Shown: in pieces, positions 46,558-59,700 of the stretch
How the letters are laid out: each line of letters begins with the position of its first letter
Numbering within the stretch: the stretch's first letter is position 1
NCBI GenBank assembly: GCA_950097015.1
Contig: CATNEN010000037.1
Span: 4,464,001-4,528,000 of the forward strand
Origin: Macrostomum hystrix
Taxonomy: Eukaryota; Animalia; Platyhelminthes
DNA: 64,000 nt
Direction of reading: 5' to 3'
Program-made: the position numbers and the translations under genes
Notes under the pieces: generated by a model
The model's database searches: none
Told to the model about the DNA's origin: nothing
Seen by the model: the letters and a program-made list of their open reading frames with translations, nothing else

Positions 46558-49143
46558 CTAAACAGCAGCCAGCCAGCCAGCCAGGCTCAGCGCAACCGCC
46601 AGCAGCACGGCAGCCGGGGCACCGCAGCTCAGACCAGCTGACTTCACCTCCAGCTCCGGTGTCGAATTCGGCGACCGCAAGTCCGCATAGCTGGCCAGGT
46701 AGGCATTGGCTATGGTGAGCAGCAGCTGCTCCTGATTAGTAGCGGCTATCAGAACCACAGACACCGGCATGCCCTGCGGCTGGTCGGCTCCGGTTGAAGT
46801 GGAAAAGCCGACAGGCAGGGATAGGCTAGGCCAGCCAGTGTAGGGATTCAGTGCTGGCGAGATCTGGTCTGGCAGTGGCGGCTCCACACTGTTCAACTGG
46901 GGCAGCTTGGCGCTAAGTGGAACAGCCAGAGCGCTGGCATTTCCTAGCAGTTCCAGCATGATGGCGGTGACGTTCGCGCGCCCGCTGTTGTAGGGATCGC
47001 AGGCGGCCGCGCCGCAGACGCTGGCGTCCGATTGGCTCACGGTGTAATTTAGCTTCTCCTGGTAGCTGAGCGGGAAACCCCAGGACACGTTGAGTAGGTC
47101 ACGGGCGTTGCGGAAAGGACCAGAGGTCGCGTAGCTGCCGAATTTTGGATTCGGTGGGGGGGCATTATGCAATTCTGGAGTGCTGCCAACTGAATGTGCT
47201 GGTTTCGAATCGAGAATAATAAATGGAAGAATAGAGGTCAGGGTAGAAAATTTGAGATTGGGATATTAGTAGATTTAGGAGAAGAGTGGAGACGGGAGAA
47301 TAATAGAGACGGGATTACAGTGGAGACGTCAGAAATATAGAGATGGGATTACAGTGGAGACGGGAGAATAATAGAGATGGGATAAGAGTGTAGATTGGAG
47401 AAGAGAGGAGATGTAAGAATATTTGAATGAGACCAAATGTTGAGATAGCCTGCTAGTTGTACTCACCGGCTGAGGTAGGCATCCAGGCTGCTCTTCATAC
47501 AGCTGTTACTGCAGGCAGGCTTGGTAGCCGTGGCGGCGAAGATGGCGGTCAGCTTGGCGCCGAGATCGGCTCCGTCGGTCCGGTAGCGCTGAACGTTGGC
47601 CCCGAGAACGGCCAGACGGGCCGCGGTCTGGTTGTGCAGGCGGATCATCTCGGCGTCAGGCGTGTAGGACATGCCGGGTGCTATTGGGAAGCTCTCGTAG
47701 AAATTGTCCAAAAAGCGGATGGTCACGCCTTGCAGCTGGGTGACGCCAGAGAGGCTGGCGCTGAAGTTCGAGCCTGCATTGTTGCGGAAGTGCGTTGGTT
47801 ACAGTGTGAGTGGGCCTGGACTCGATGGGAGATGGGAGATGACGTACACAGTTGGGTAGAGGGGGTGAGGATGTAGACTCTAGGGTTGGGTAAGGAGAGG
47901 GTGTATACTCTAGAGAAGAGTGGGGAGATGGCCTGGACTCTAGGGTCGAGTGGGGAGAGGGCTTAGACTCTAGGGGAGAGTGGGGAGAGACTTTAGGGTA
48001 GAGAGGGGAGAGGCCAGAGGGTGTAGACTATAGAGTAGAGAGCATCGATTGCTACCGATAGAGGAGAGGCAGTACAAACTGTTTAGTAGAGGGCATGGAC
48101 AGTAGTGAAGCGTAGTCAGATTGGCCATTGAAGCAGTTTAGAGAAGCATGTGTCACTCACCGTACACAGCATCATGCGCCACTAGATAGTCCCGTCGATC
48201 CCTGGCCATGAGGCCCACCAGATCCTGGCGCAGGAAGGCCGGGTAGACCCCCTCCCGCATTGCCTCAAAGGTGGCGCTCTGTGTTGGCCTGATGCACACG
48301 AGGCCAGCCGCCGAGCAGGGCCCGATGACGGAGCCTTCGGTGTCAGTGCCGACGCCGAGTACAGCCAAGCCGGCGGCGACAGCGGCTGCGGAGCCGCCAG
48401 AGCTGCCTAGGCAGCTGCGCCGCTTGTCCCACGGATTGGCGCACACTCCACCGAGGGTGCTGGCCGATTTTGTGCCCGAGTCAGACATCTCGGCCATGTT
48501 GCTCTTGCCGATCACAATGCCTGCGGGAGGAAGAGCGAATCTTGATCACATCTTGTAGGTTCTAGACCGACGAAGACGGTCAGGGGCAGGTCGGGCTGCA
48601 GCAAGCGGTGCCAAATAGAGCATTCCTCATTACTACGAGTACCAACTAGTCTACGGTCTACAACCTCAGCCTCTATAACCCGACAGCCTCACCTCCCGCC
48701 GCTTTGATGCGTGCCACCACGGCGCTGTCGCTGACGGCCGTCATGCTCTGAAGCGCTCGCGCTCCGCTAGTGGTGGGCAGGCCCTGCAGGTCCGTGTTGT
48801 CCTTCACAGCTACTGGCACGCAGTGCAGCGGGCCGCTCAGGCCGCCCTGCCGGTCCTTGTCCCTGGCCGCCCTCAGCGCCGCCTCCTTGTTGACGGAGAT
48901 AAAGACTGCCAAGCTGGCATTGTAGGCTTCAATGCGGCTGAGCTGTTCAACGATGAGGTCCTCGCAGCTGAAGCTGCCACTTCTGATGCCAGCCAGAACG
49001 CCCGCCACGCTGGCGCTGGCAAGGAGGCGGGCCGCCACCCGTCGACCAGCCAGCGAAGTGTCGCCAGCGACTGTCAGCGCCAGCAGCAGCAGCAGCAGCA
49101 GCATCGGGGAAGTCAGCCGCTTTACAAAGAATCCTGTGGCCAT
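46558..49143 (-). CDS. Amidase-signature (AS) family enzyme with signal peptide and hydrophobic C-terminal tail, ~580 aa, 4 exons
   Basis: Exons 49143-48693, 48520-48161, 47773-47467, 47182-46558 total 1743 nt in frame. GPLHCVPVAVKDN (catalytic Lys), [36 protein letters not shown] (nucleophilic Ser), GWPSLSLPVG, GMPVSV. Confidence 0.88.
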
Positions 49144-50004
49144 GTTTGAGTTGCTTATCTTGATTATCGAGGTAATACCTGTTGGGTTTATTTCTTAAGA
49201 AATATCTTGACCTCAGCAGCTCATATTTATAAGGCCGACTCTGGTTTGAGATACTCCTTCTCGCCTTATCTATGATTCGTGTATGTGTTGACTAACTAGC
49301 TCGTATTATCGAGTGTTGCCATGACGTAGCGAAACAAAACATGAGTCTAAATTTAATTTCCTGTGAGTAACTGTTGCCACGTCTCTTTTTTGCTGCCGCA
49401 GTGACAATCCTTAGCCATTCATGTAGCTCTCTTATTGTCTATAGTAAAACATTTGATAATAAACCTTCTTTAAACTGCGGAGGGGGGGTTCCGTTGCTAT
49501 GGCAACGTATGCCTCAAGCCTCGAGCTGTGGTGTGAGTGACCTGCATAAGCAACTCTAGTATGGACTTGAGTTACGAGTTTAATCATTTTACTGAGCACG
49601 AATGACTGATAGGCAAGGCAGGGAATGCTGAGCAAACAGTGCAGCAGCTATGCTTTGTAGTAGTGCATTTTAACTCGCCAAGTCTCTGTGAGTCAAAGCT
49701 TCAACCTGGCGACGTACATTCGGTGCACTAGGCACTTCCATTTATTTACTCGCGCGACACCCACCCAAAATGGCCCGAGTTTGGAGCAATCGGTACTGAT
49801 AACAGAGGTCAAACCAATTTCTGGAATGTTCCATTACAATTCTCGAATCTACGTTTTGAGAGTAACCATGTTTGAAGTTTTTTTTGAGAATGACCTTGGG
49901 GACTGATAGTTACACGAGAAGGTAGGGTTGGCAGAAGCAGAAGGTGCATGGTTTTTTGGGCCAATGTCAATCGGTAGTCAGTATAATTAAAGGCTCATTT
50001 TGAG

Positions 50005-50098
50005 AACTTTCGCTCCAAGGTTCCTGAGCTCGAATCCGCGGCGCCACATTCTTTTCCGGCGCAGCTGCAGAGATAAGACTTGGGGGTCAGGTTGTCTT
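50005..50098 (+). mobile_element. 5' fragment of SINE family B
   Basis: CCAAGGTTCCTGAGCTCGAATCCGCGGCG...GGCGCAGCTGCAGAGATAAGACTTGGGGG matches the family B head. Confidence 0.6.
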
Positions 50099-50605
50099 AG
50101 GTGGGACGGTGGGTCAGGTTGTCTCAGGTGGGTCAGGTTGTCTTAGGTGGTTCAGGTTGTCTCAGGTGGTTCAGGTTGTCTCAGGTGGGTCAGGTTGTCT
50201 CAGGTGGGTCAGGTTGTCTCAGGTGGGTCAGGTTGTCTCAGGTGGTTCAGGTTGTCTTAGGTGGGTCAGGTCAGGTTGTCTTAGGTGGGTCAGGTCAGGT
50301 TGTCTTAGTTGGGTCAGGTCAGTCTGTATTAGGTGGGTCAGGTCAGGTTGTATTAAGTTGGTCAGGTCAGGTTGTATTAAGTGGATCAGGTCCGACCCAT
50401 TATCTTAGGTGGGTGAGGTCCGACCCATTGTCTTTAGGTGGGTCAGGTCCGACCCATTGTCTTTAGGTGGGTCAGGTCCGACCCATTGTCTTTAGGTGGG
50501 TCAGGTCCGACCCATTGTCTTTAGGTGGGTCAGGTCCAACCCATTGTCTTTAGGTGGGTCAGGTCCGACCCATTGTCTTTAGGTTGGTGAGGTCCGAACC
50601 GTTGT
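50090..50605. repeat. Compound tandem repeat (GGTCAGGTTGTCTYAGGTG, then GGTCAGGTCCGACCCATTGTCTTTAGGTG)
   Basis: Direct reading. Confidence 0.9.
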
Positions 50606-51654
50606 CAGTTGGATCAAGTTAAAATAACGCTCGTTAATATCAAGCAGCAGGATAGTTAGGCATCAACTTATTTCGTATTTTCATAATAAACGATAACATC
50701 TACTAAAAGTAGCAGTATGCGGGTAATTTATAGCTATGGCAAAATATTTCCTCAGGATTTTTAACTGCTTTAAATTCATCTTTACCAACAATAAGTCAGT
50801 AGGTCTGCCTTTGCATTTGTCGGTTTTCCGCATTAATCTTACCGCCCAATATAAAGATGATAATATTGGGGTGCTATATGAAGGTGTCAAAGTGTTTCTG
50901 CGTCAGAACTACAACACCGCGCGGTGACTGTCTATATAGCTGAGGCTGCTGCTGCATCAAACTTTTGCATTTTTTTCGGTACAGCCGAACCCCAGAGGTT
51001 TTTCTAGTCGCCATTGTCTCAGGCATAGAGGGTAAAACACACACAAAGACACTGTCTAGAGGTGCCACTGACAAGTGTACCGTATTATATACAGGAAAAA
51101 TAATACCCATATCTAACACAGTCATTGTGTGTGTTTGAGATGAATAAAAGAATGAAGCCATTTTGCAGCTTAAAAGAAGCTTCGGGTGACAATGGAGCAT
51201 TTTTATGACTACCCCCATGCAGCGAACTGGTCGGCAGAGCGATTCATTCGGTGTGCATGGCCAGAAAATAAACTCATATCGAGATATTCAAGGCACTAAG
51301 CACTGCATAGTCGCCCGGTTGTCTGAGGTGGCGCACGCCCTGCTTTTATAAATCTTTCCTTTTCTTGTGAAAAGTGTTGCGAAAAAAAGTTCCAAATTAA
51401 ATTTTTGCTTGAAACTGAGAAGGTGACAAAACTAAACACGACTATTATATATCTGAGGAGTTATATGGCTCTCCATTGAATTCTTAATTCTTCGTAACTG
51501 GATAAAGCCAGCTAACACAGCATCCTCAGATGCTGTAAAACTGTTCTCTAGTGATGCCTTATAGACAGACTCAAACTCTATAGCCTGACATGAGAATATT
51601 CTTGAACTAAATACGAATTTCTGCTATGCATTGACTTTTTTCCTGACTTAATTC

Positions 51655-53315
51655 AACCTCACTGCCAATACTGACTGACACCTCACTGCCAATACTGACT
51701 GACACCTCACTGCCAATACTGACTGACACCCCACTGACACCTCACTGCCAATACTGACTGACACCTCACTGCCAATACTGACTGACACCCCACTGACACC
51801 TCACTGCCAATACTGACTGACACCTCACTGCCAATACTGACCGACACCCCACTGCCAATACTGACTGACACCTCACTGCCAATACTGACTGACACCTCAC
51901 TGCCAATACTGACTGACACCCCACTGCCAATACTGACTGACACCTCACTGCCAATACTGACTGACACCTCACTGCCAATACTGACTGACACCTCACTGAC
52001 ACCTCACTGCCAATACTGACTGACACCACACTGCAAATACTGACTGACACCCCACTGCCAATACTGACTGACACCCCACTGACACCCCACTGCCAATACT
52101 GACTGACACCTCACTGCCAATACTGACTGACACCTCACTGCCAATACTGACTGACACCCCACTGACACCCCACTGCCAATACTGACTGACACCCCACTGC
52201 CAATACTGACTGACACCCCACTGACAATACTGACTGACACCCCACTGACACCCCACTGCCAATACTGACTGACACCTCACTGCCAATACTGACTGACACC
52301 TCACTGCCAATACTGACTGACACCCCACTGACACCTCACTGCCAATACTGACTGACACCTCACTGCCAATACTGACCGACACCCCACTGCCAATACTGAC
52401 TGACACCTCACTGCCAATACTGACTGACACCTCACTGCCAATACTGACTGACACCCCACTGCCAATACTGACTGACACCTCACTGCCAATACTGACTGAC
52501 ACCTCACTGCCAATACTGACTGACACCTCACTGACACCTCACTGCCAATACTGACTGACACCACACTGCAAATACTGACTGACACCCCACTGCCAATACT
52601 GACTGACACCCCACTGACACCCCACTGCCAATACTGACTGACACCTCACTGCCAATACTGACTGACACCTCACTGCCAATACTGACTGACACCCCACTGA
52701 CACCCCACTGCCAATACTGACTGACACCCCACTGCCAATACTGACTGACACCCCACTGACAATACTGACTGACACCCCACTGACACCCCACTGCCAATAC
52801 TGACTGACACCTCACTGCCAATACTGACTGACACCTCACTGCCAATACTGACTGACACCCCACTGACACCCCACTGCCAATACTGACTGACACCCCACTG
52901 CCAATACTGACTGACACCCCACTGACACCTCACTGCCAAAACTGACTGACACCTCACTGACACCCCACTGACACCCCACTGACTGACAGCCCACTGCCAA
53001 TACTGACTGACACCCCACTGCCAATACTGACTGACACACCACTGACACCCCACTGCCAATACTGACTGACACCTCACTGCCAATACTGACTGACACCCCA
53101 CTGACACCTCACTGCCAATACTGACTGACACCTCACTGACACCCCACTGACACCCCACTGACTGACAGCCCACTGCCAATACTGACTGACACCTCACTGC
53201 CAATACTGACTGACACACCACTGACACCCCACTGCCAATACTGACTGACACCCCACTGCCAATACTGACTGACACCCCACTGCCAATACTGACTGACACC
53301 CCACTGCCAATACCT
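51655..53315. repeat. Minisatellite (CACTGCCAATACTGACTGACACCYC) upstream of Lhx1/5 with a 535-bp higher-order period
   Basis: Direct reading; identical artefact ORFs at 51766 and 52301. Confidence 0.95.
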
Positions 53316-53703
53316 GAGTTAAAAAACCCGTGCCAAAAGCTAGTCAGTCTACTGGCTCGTGTTGCAGCTTCCTTGTGTCAACTTCTGCCCCTACTTTGCC
53401 TCATTCCCTAGGATCACTGGCGCTTGGAACTAGATTGGCGGGCCAATCAGTGGCCGAGTTGAGGCACTCTCAGCCTCTCGTTAGTCCGCCGAGCCAATGA
53501 CAGAGCGGCCATACCAACCCCCGCCCAGCGACTGGGCCAAACGCATTTTAGTATTTGGCGGCCAACCCCGCAATGGGAGAAAGCAGAAATTCGAAATAAA
53601 ACTCGGCCCTCCTAATTTTTCTATAGATAAACTGCGCCCAGCAAAAGACCAGGCCCAGATCCTCACACTAAAGTGACATTTGGCGCGCAGTGATTTCGGA
53701 ATC

Positions 53704-56700
53704 ATGGTGATCTGCGCTGGCTGCAACCGCCAGATATTTGACCAGTACCTGCTCAACGTTCTGGACCAGTCCTGGCATGCCGCGTGCCTTCAGTGCAGCG
53801 ACTGCGGCCAGGAGCTCAGCGACAAGTGCTTCAGCCGTGACGGCCGGCTCTACTGTCGGGCCGACTTTTTCCGGTGAGTTTTCTAATAATTATTTTCAAT
53901 GAATTTCCAGAGCTTCTTGCGTTAGTTCTTCTTCCTAATATTAGCCTGGCATACCTCGCTGCTCTGCAGAACAATCATCCTATTTCAAATTTGCTTTCAT
54001 TGCTCCATTATTCTTACAGTTTCTCTCTCTTCTCATTTCCCTCTCCTCTCTCTTCTCATATCCCTCTCCTCTCTATTCTCATTTCCCTCTCCTCTCTTCT
54101 CATTTCCCTCTCCTCTCTCTTCTCAATTCCCTCTCCTCTCTCTTCTCAATTCCCTCTCCTCTCTCTTCTCATTTCCCTCTCCTCTCTTCTCATTTCCCTC
54201 TCCTCTCTCTTCTCAATTCCCTCTCCTCTCTCTTCTCAATTCCCTCTCCTCTCTCTTCTCATTTCCCTCTCCTCTCTCTTCTCAATTCCCTCTCCTCTCT
54301 CTTCTCATTTCCCTCTCCTCTCTCTTCTCATTTCCCTCTCCCTCTCTTCCCATTTCCCTCTCCCTCCCTCCCGATCCCCCCTTAATCCTCTCTCCAATGC
54401 CGCTAATTCTCATTGCAGCCGCTTCGGTACAAAGTGCGCCGGCTGCTCTGAGGGCATCTCGCCCAACGACCTGGTGCGCAAGGCGCGCAACAAAGTCTTC
54501 CACCTGGGCTGCTTCACCTGCATGGTGTGTCGAAAGCAGCTCATCACCGGCGAGGAGCTGGTTGTGTTCGACGAGAACAAATTTGTGTGCAAGCAGGACT
54601 ATGTCAGCAGCCGCTGCGGCCCCCTGATCAGACAGGAGTTCCCGTCTGGCGCTCATCACAGACTGCAGCAGCAGCTACACAAATCTGGCCGCCCAAGACC
54701 AGGTGAGAACCGATTGATTTCTGGAACAAACGAGTTGAAATAGCTTGCGATAATGACAATCTCCTAAATCTGGCTTTATCCGCTTTCGGGCGGATCTCCA
54801 TGTAGAACCATTAACTCCTTCTCAGAACTGTAAATCAGCTTTTAGAATGATGTATTCCGCCTAAAAAAACTAATGACGAATAGAACAAAAAATCCACCCC
54901 AGATCGGAAAATCCGCCCACAGAACGATAAATCCACCCCCAGATAGATAAATCCGCCCCTAGGTAGATAAATCCGCCCCCAGATAGATAAATCCGCCCCC
55001 GGAAAAATAAATCCGCCCAGATAGATAAATCCGCCCCAGATAGATAAATCCGCCCCAGATAGACAAATCCGCCCCCAGATAGATAAATCCGCCCCAGATA
55101 TATATATCCGCCCCCAGATAGATAAATCCGCCCCCAGAAAGATAAATCCGCCTCCAGATCCGCCCAGAGAAGCTTAAATCCGACGCAGATTTTTTCTAGA
55201 TCCACTTGTACTTCAAAGCTTGGACCTTTAACATAGAAATCCTCTTTTAACATCTTAAATCCGCCCCCAAACCCAGAGTATCTGGTTTGACTCGTGGCAG
55301 TTTCTCAATTCTGAGTTGTGAATTAAATTATGCAAATTGATTTCGGTCTCAGTCTCGCGACTGCTCAGTCTTGATCATCGCTTGAGCAGTTCGCTCTTGC
55401 AGCTAAGGAGGGAGACATCAGAAATCAGACGGGCGTATATTTTCATCCGTTCCACTGGTAACCTAGGAGACGTGACGTCACCTTCCATGTTGGGATGATT
55501 TTCGATATATAAAAATATAGACAAAAATGAGCAACTCGGTTGAGTGTATTCTTCACTTTCTAACGAAACAGCGGGGACTCCATGCAGCGGCTAAGTGTCT
55601 GGCTGCAATGTAGTGCCATTCTGCGCGTGCTCTATATGACATATAGGTGACAATTTCTCTTCATTTTTTAGACGTGGGTCAACCCCCCGCCATGCTTCAA
55701 TACTCGTAGTCAGTGCCCCAATGAGTCCAAGTCTCTCCGCATGTGGCTAGGTATAGGCACTGCATATCACTGTGACTGCAATGCGTGCCTAAGTGTCCGA
55801 GTTATGCACACACACACACACAGCAAAGGTGTATTTCCAGAGAGGGAGGTAATACTGTATCCATGTATTGAGTCTACTATACAGACTTTCTGTCCATTTA
55901 GTTTGCTCTTTTTTTCATGGCTCATTTTGCATGTGGATTCTGCACAATGCATCTCAGTTTTCAGGTAAATACAGTGTAGGGGTATACTATAGTACGTGTG
56001 CTTTGGCTGCTTGTGTGGCCCACATTCTCAGCAATAAAATCTGTGCTGGTAACTCTATAGTCATGAGGCCTTCTCAGGCTCGATTCGCGAAAATTTATTC
56101 AAATCCCTGAAATTCTTTCCGACCAAAAAAGTAAAAAAATACCGAATTTTTTTAAGATTCGTTTTAAAGATCCGTTTTAAAGATTCATTTTAGATATCTC
56201 GTTTTAGAGATCCCGTTTTCAAGATCCAGTTTTAGAGATCCCTTTAAAAATCTTATTTCAAAGATCAACGAATGGTTTTAAATATTCCGTTTTAAAGATC
56301 CTGATTTTTAAAGATCCCGTTTTTAAGATCCCATTTAAAATATCCCGATTTAAAGATCCCGATTTACAGAGTCCGTTTAAAGATCCCGTTTTAGGGATCT
56401 CGTTTAGAGATCCCGTTTTTAAGATCCCAATTTAAAGATCCCGATTTAAAGATTCCGTTTAAAGATCCCGTTTTAGATATCCCACTTTAAAGATCCCACC
56501 TTAAAGATCCCACTTTAAAGATCCCGATTTAGAGTCCGTTTAAAGATCCCGATTTAGAGTCCGTTTAAAGATCCCGATTTAGAGTCCGTTTAAAGATCCC
56601 GATTTAGAGTCCGTTTAAAGATCCCGATTTAGAGTCCGTTTCAAAGATCCCGTTTTAAAGATGCCGAAGCGTATTTCCGATCCTAAAAGCTCTTTTCGAT

Positions 56701-59700
56701 CCTGAAGAGTTTTAAGTTCCAGAATTTTTCTATATGATCTCAGTTTTTTTTCCTATTAAACAAAGCTCAAAGATACCAAAAAAAGTTTACCCTAAAAAAG
56801 AAGTTACACAAATTTGCACCCAAGTTATGTCACATTTAAGGGTTACAAATCCCAACCCTACTGGTAAAATGAAAAGAAAGATAATTCTTGATTGAGCTTG
56901 AAGGACTTGAGCTGGGTAACTTTTAGCTGCAAACATAAAAACTAACACACAATAAAGATTGAATTTTGCGCTGCTGAAATTCATTTAGACCACTTTTTAT
57001 GCACAAATATTTAATTTCAACTCAATTTAGGAAATTTTCAGCAGAACAAATTTTTGCATGGTTGATCACAAAAAACTAATATTAAAAGTAAAATCCCAAT
57101 ATTTGCCCCAGGGGGTGCAAGTGTCTGGCAAGTGCAGTTCATTTATTTTATTTCTATTTCAGCTCGCCTCAATGAGTCAAATCTGTCATTGCGCAATCAT
57201 CTATCTCACCTTTGAGACAGCTAATATGAAGGATTCTTTTCTTGAGTGTATGAATATAAGCTTCTCAGACTCAATTCAACCTTATAAAAAATGAGTAACA
57301 TGCACTGCAGAAACTTTATATAATACGAGTATATTAGCCAAATTCCCACACCGCCTCCATCCCTGCTTAGAAACTGTTTTGCCAATAAATAGTTAATTAC
57401 TTAACACCTGATTGTATATTAGTGTATTACCTGTGGCGCAAAGTGGTTGGCATTTGTAGCAATAGCATTCTAGGAAAATGTAAGCAAATTTGACTCCTCC
57501 CATCGTCTGCAAAACTTGCTGCTTTTGGGCCGTTTTCAGTTGAGTTGCTAATGGGCATTTTATACTGAGCTTATTCGAGGGGAAATTTTCTATTGTCAGT
57601 GAGTCAGTGAAGGACTGTGAGAGTCACTGAGAGTCAGTGAATGACTGTGAGAGTCACTGAGAGTCAGTGAAGGACTGTGAGAGTCACTGAGAGTCAGTGA
57701 AGGACTGTGAGAGTCACTGAGAGTCAGTGAAGGACTGTGAGAGTCACTGAGAGTCAGTGAATGACTGTGAGAGACAGTGAATGACTGTGAGAGTCAGTGT
57801 GAGTCAATGAGAGTCTGTGAAAGTCAGTGAGAGTCAGTGTGAGTCAGTGAGGGTCAGTGAGAGTCAGTGAGAGTCAGTGAAGGACTGTGAGAGTCAGTGA
57901 GAGTCAGTGAGAGTCAGTGAGAGTCAGTGAAGGACTGTGAGAGTCAGTGAGAGTCAGTGAGAGTCAGTGAGAGTCAGTGAGAGTCAGTGAGAGTCAGTGA
58001 GAGCCAGTGAGAGTCAGTGAGAGTCAGTGAGTCAGTGAGAGTCAGTGAGAGTCAGTGGGAGTCAGTGAGTCAGTGAGTCAGTGAGTCAGTGAGAGTCAGT
58101 GAGCGTCAGTGAGCGTGAGTCAGCGTCAGTGAGAGTCAGTGAGAGTCAGGGACAGAGAGTCAGGGACAGAGAGTCAGGGACAGAGAGTCAGGGACAGAGA
58201 GTCAGGGACAGAGAGTCAGGGACAGAGAGTCAGGGACAGAGAGTCAGGGACAGAGAGTCAGGGACAGAGAGTCAGGGACAGAGAGTCAGGGACAGAGAGT
58301 CAGGGACAGAGAGTCAGGGACAGAGAGTCAGGGACAGAGAGTCAGGGACAGAGAGTCAGGGACAGAGAGTCAGGGACAGAGAGTCAGGGACAGAGAGTCA
58401 GGGACAGAGAGTCAGGGACAGAGAGTCAGGGACAGAGAGTCAGGGACAGAGAGTCGGGACAGAGAGTCAGGGACAGAGAGTCGGGACAGATAGTCAGGGA
58501 CAGAGAGTCAGGGACAGAGTCAAAGACGATGTATAATTAGTAGAAAAGACCCGCGGTGGCTCCATGGAGTGGCTTCTAAACAGAGGCCTCTAAAACAGAA
58601 GCAGACAAGACAAGAAAAGGCAGAAGACAAGAACGGGAGAGCACAGCCAAAATGACACATGCCCGCTATACAACCTATCCTTTCTATTCAAAGAAAGTGT
58701 GCAATAAAAAATGAAATATGAGGGAGTGGCTGGGCCGCTAGCACCAGCCGCAATGCTATCTAGCCTTATTCTATCACCAGACAAGTGTCGCAATACAGAA
58801 CGATGACGTCGCTTATCTCCAGGTGTCAGCGCCTAGCCCGGGAATTTTCTAACACAACTAACTCTATATATATATATATAATGGCCTCGCGCCTTCTGGC
58901 TCGATGATCGATTGATTCTGGTCGCCTAAAATATCATCACCTGGCATGCTATAAGATTCGGCCTTACAAAGCCAGCCTTCTCTTGTCTTTCTGTCGGCCT
59001 TCTCGCTCGGCTATTAGACTGCTTGGTCTAGTTCGGTGACTCCGCTGTCTCAGTGCTTCATTTCCTAAATAGTTAAATGCTGTGACAACCTGCTCTGTTG
59101 CACTACAACTGCTTGTATCAGCTTTCACTATTAAACTTGTTTTTTTATTCATGGATTTATGGCGCAACTACAAGAACTACAAAGAGCAACTCCTGCAACA
59201 GCAGCAGCAACTGCTGATGGAACACTTTCGTGAGAGATCATAAAAGATTCAGGTCTCATGGCTCGCCCCTTGCTCGAAGGAATAAAAATCGAAGGAAGTA
59301 AAAGCACAGTTTAAAAGGGCTCAATTGTTTGGCTTGCTCCAGCAACGCAGCCAAATTTGTTACATGTTCGGCGCCAAAAGAGGCATTAAATAAAAACTAA
59401 CTTTACTAAAAAAACTAACACAAAACTTGCCTGTATGCAGCCGCTGCAGTAGAAATTTAGTTTTTAACGTAAACGTAAAAGCAGGCAACACACTGGTGAC
59501 AAAACTGACATTTGACATTGAGCTAAACTGGCTTTGGCAACATTGTGCCGGTCATGTCTAGTCAAGTAGAAGATTTCCTCCTCCGTCGAAATCCCCCAGC
59601 TTTGTAGAAGCCATGGAGATTGATGCGTGAGGAACCAGCTGCCCCCCCCCCAGTGGTTGCCGAGGCACCGGCCAGTTCTCAAACGCGCCCTGCTTCTGGG

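Noticed and set aside
44100-46718. Cys-rich and EATNLHPT-type ORFs that look mucin- or metallothionein-like
   Set aside because: Pure tandem-repeat translations lying 3' of two convergent genes; no signal peptide or unique domain.
1-58520. CRISPR-like appearance of the 30-33 bp arrays
   Set aside because: No unique spacers, no cas genes, eukaryotic context.
58785-59260. Possible solo LTR (TGTCGC...TGTGACA) followed by a Gln-rich gag-like stretch
   Set aside because: No matching TSD, no PBS and no second LTR; the ORF is very short.
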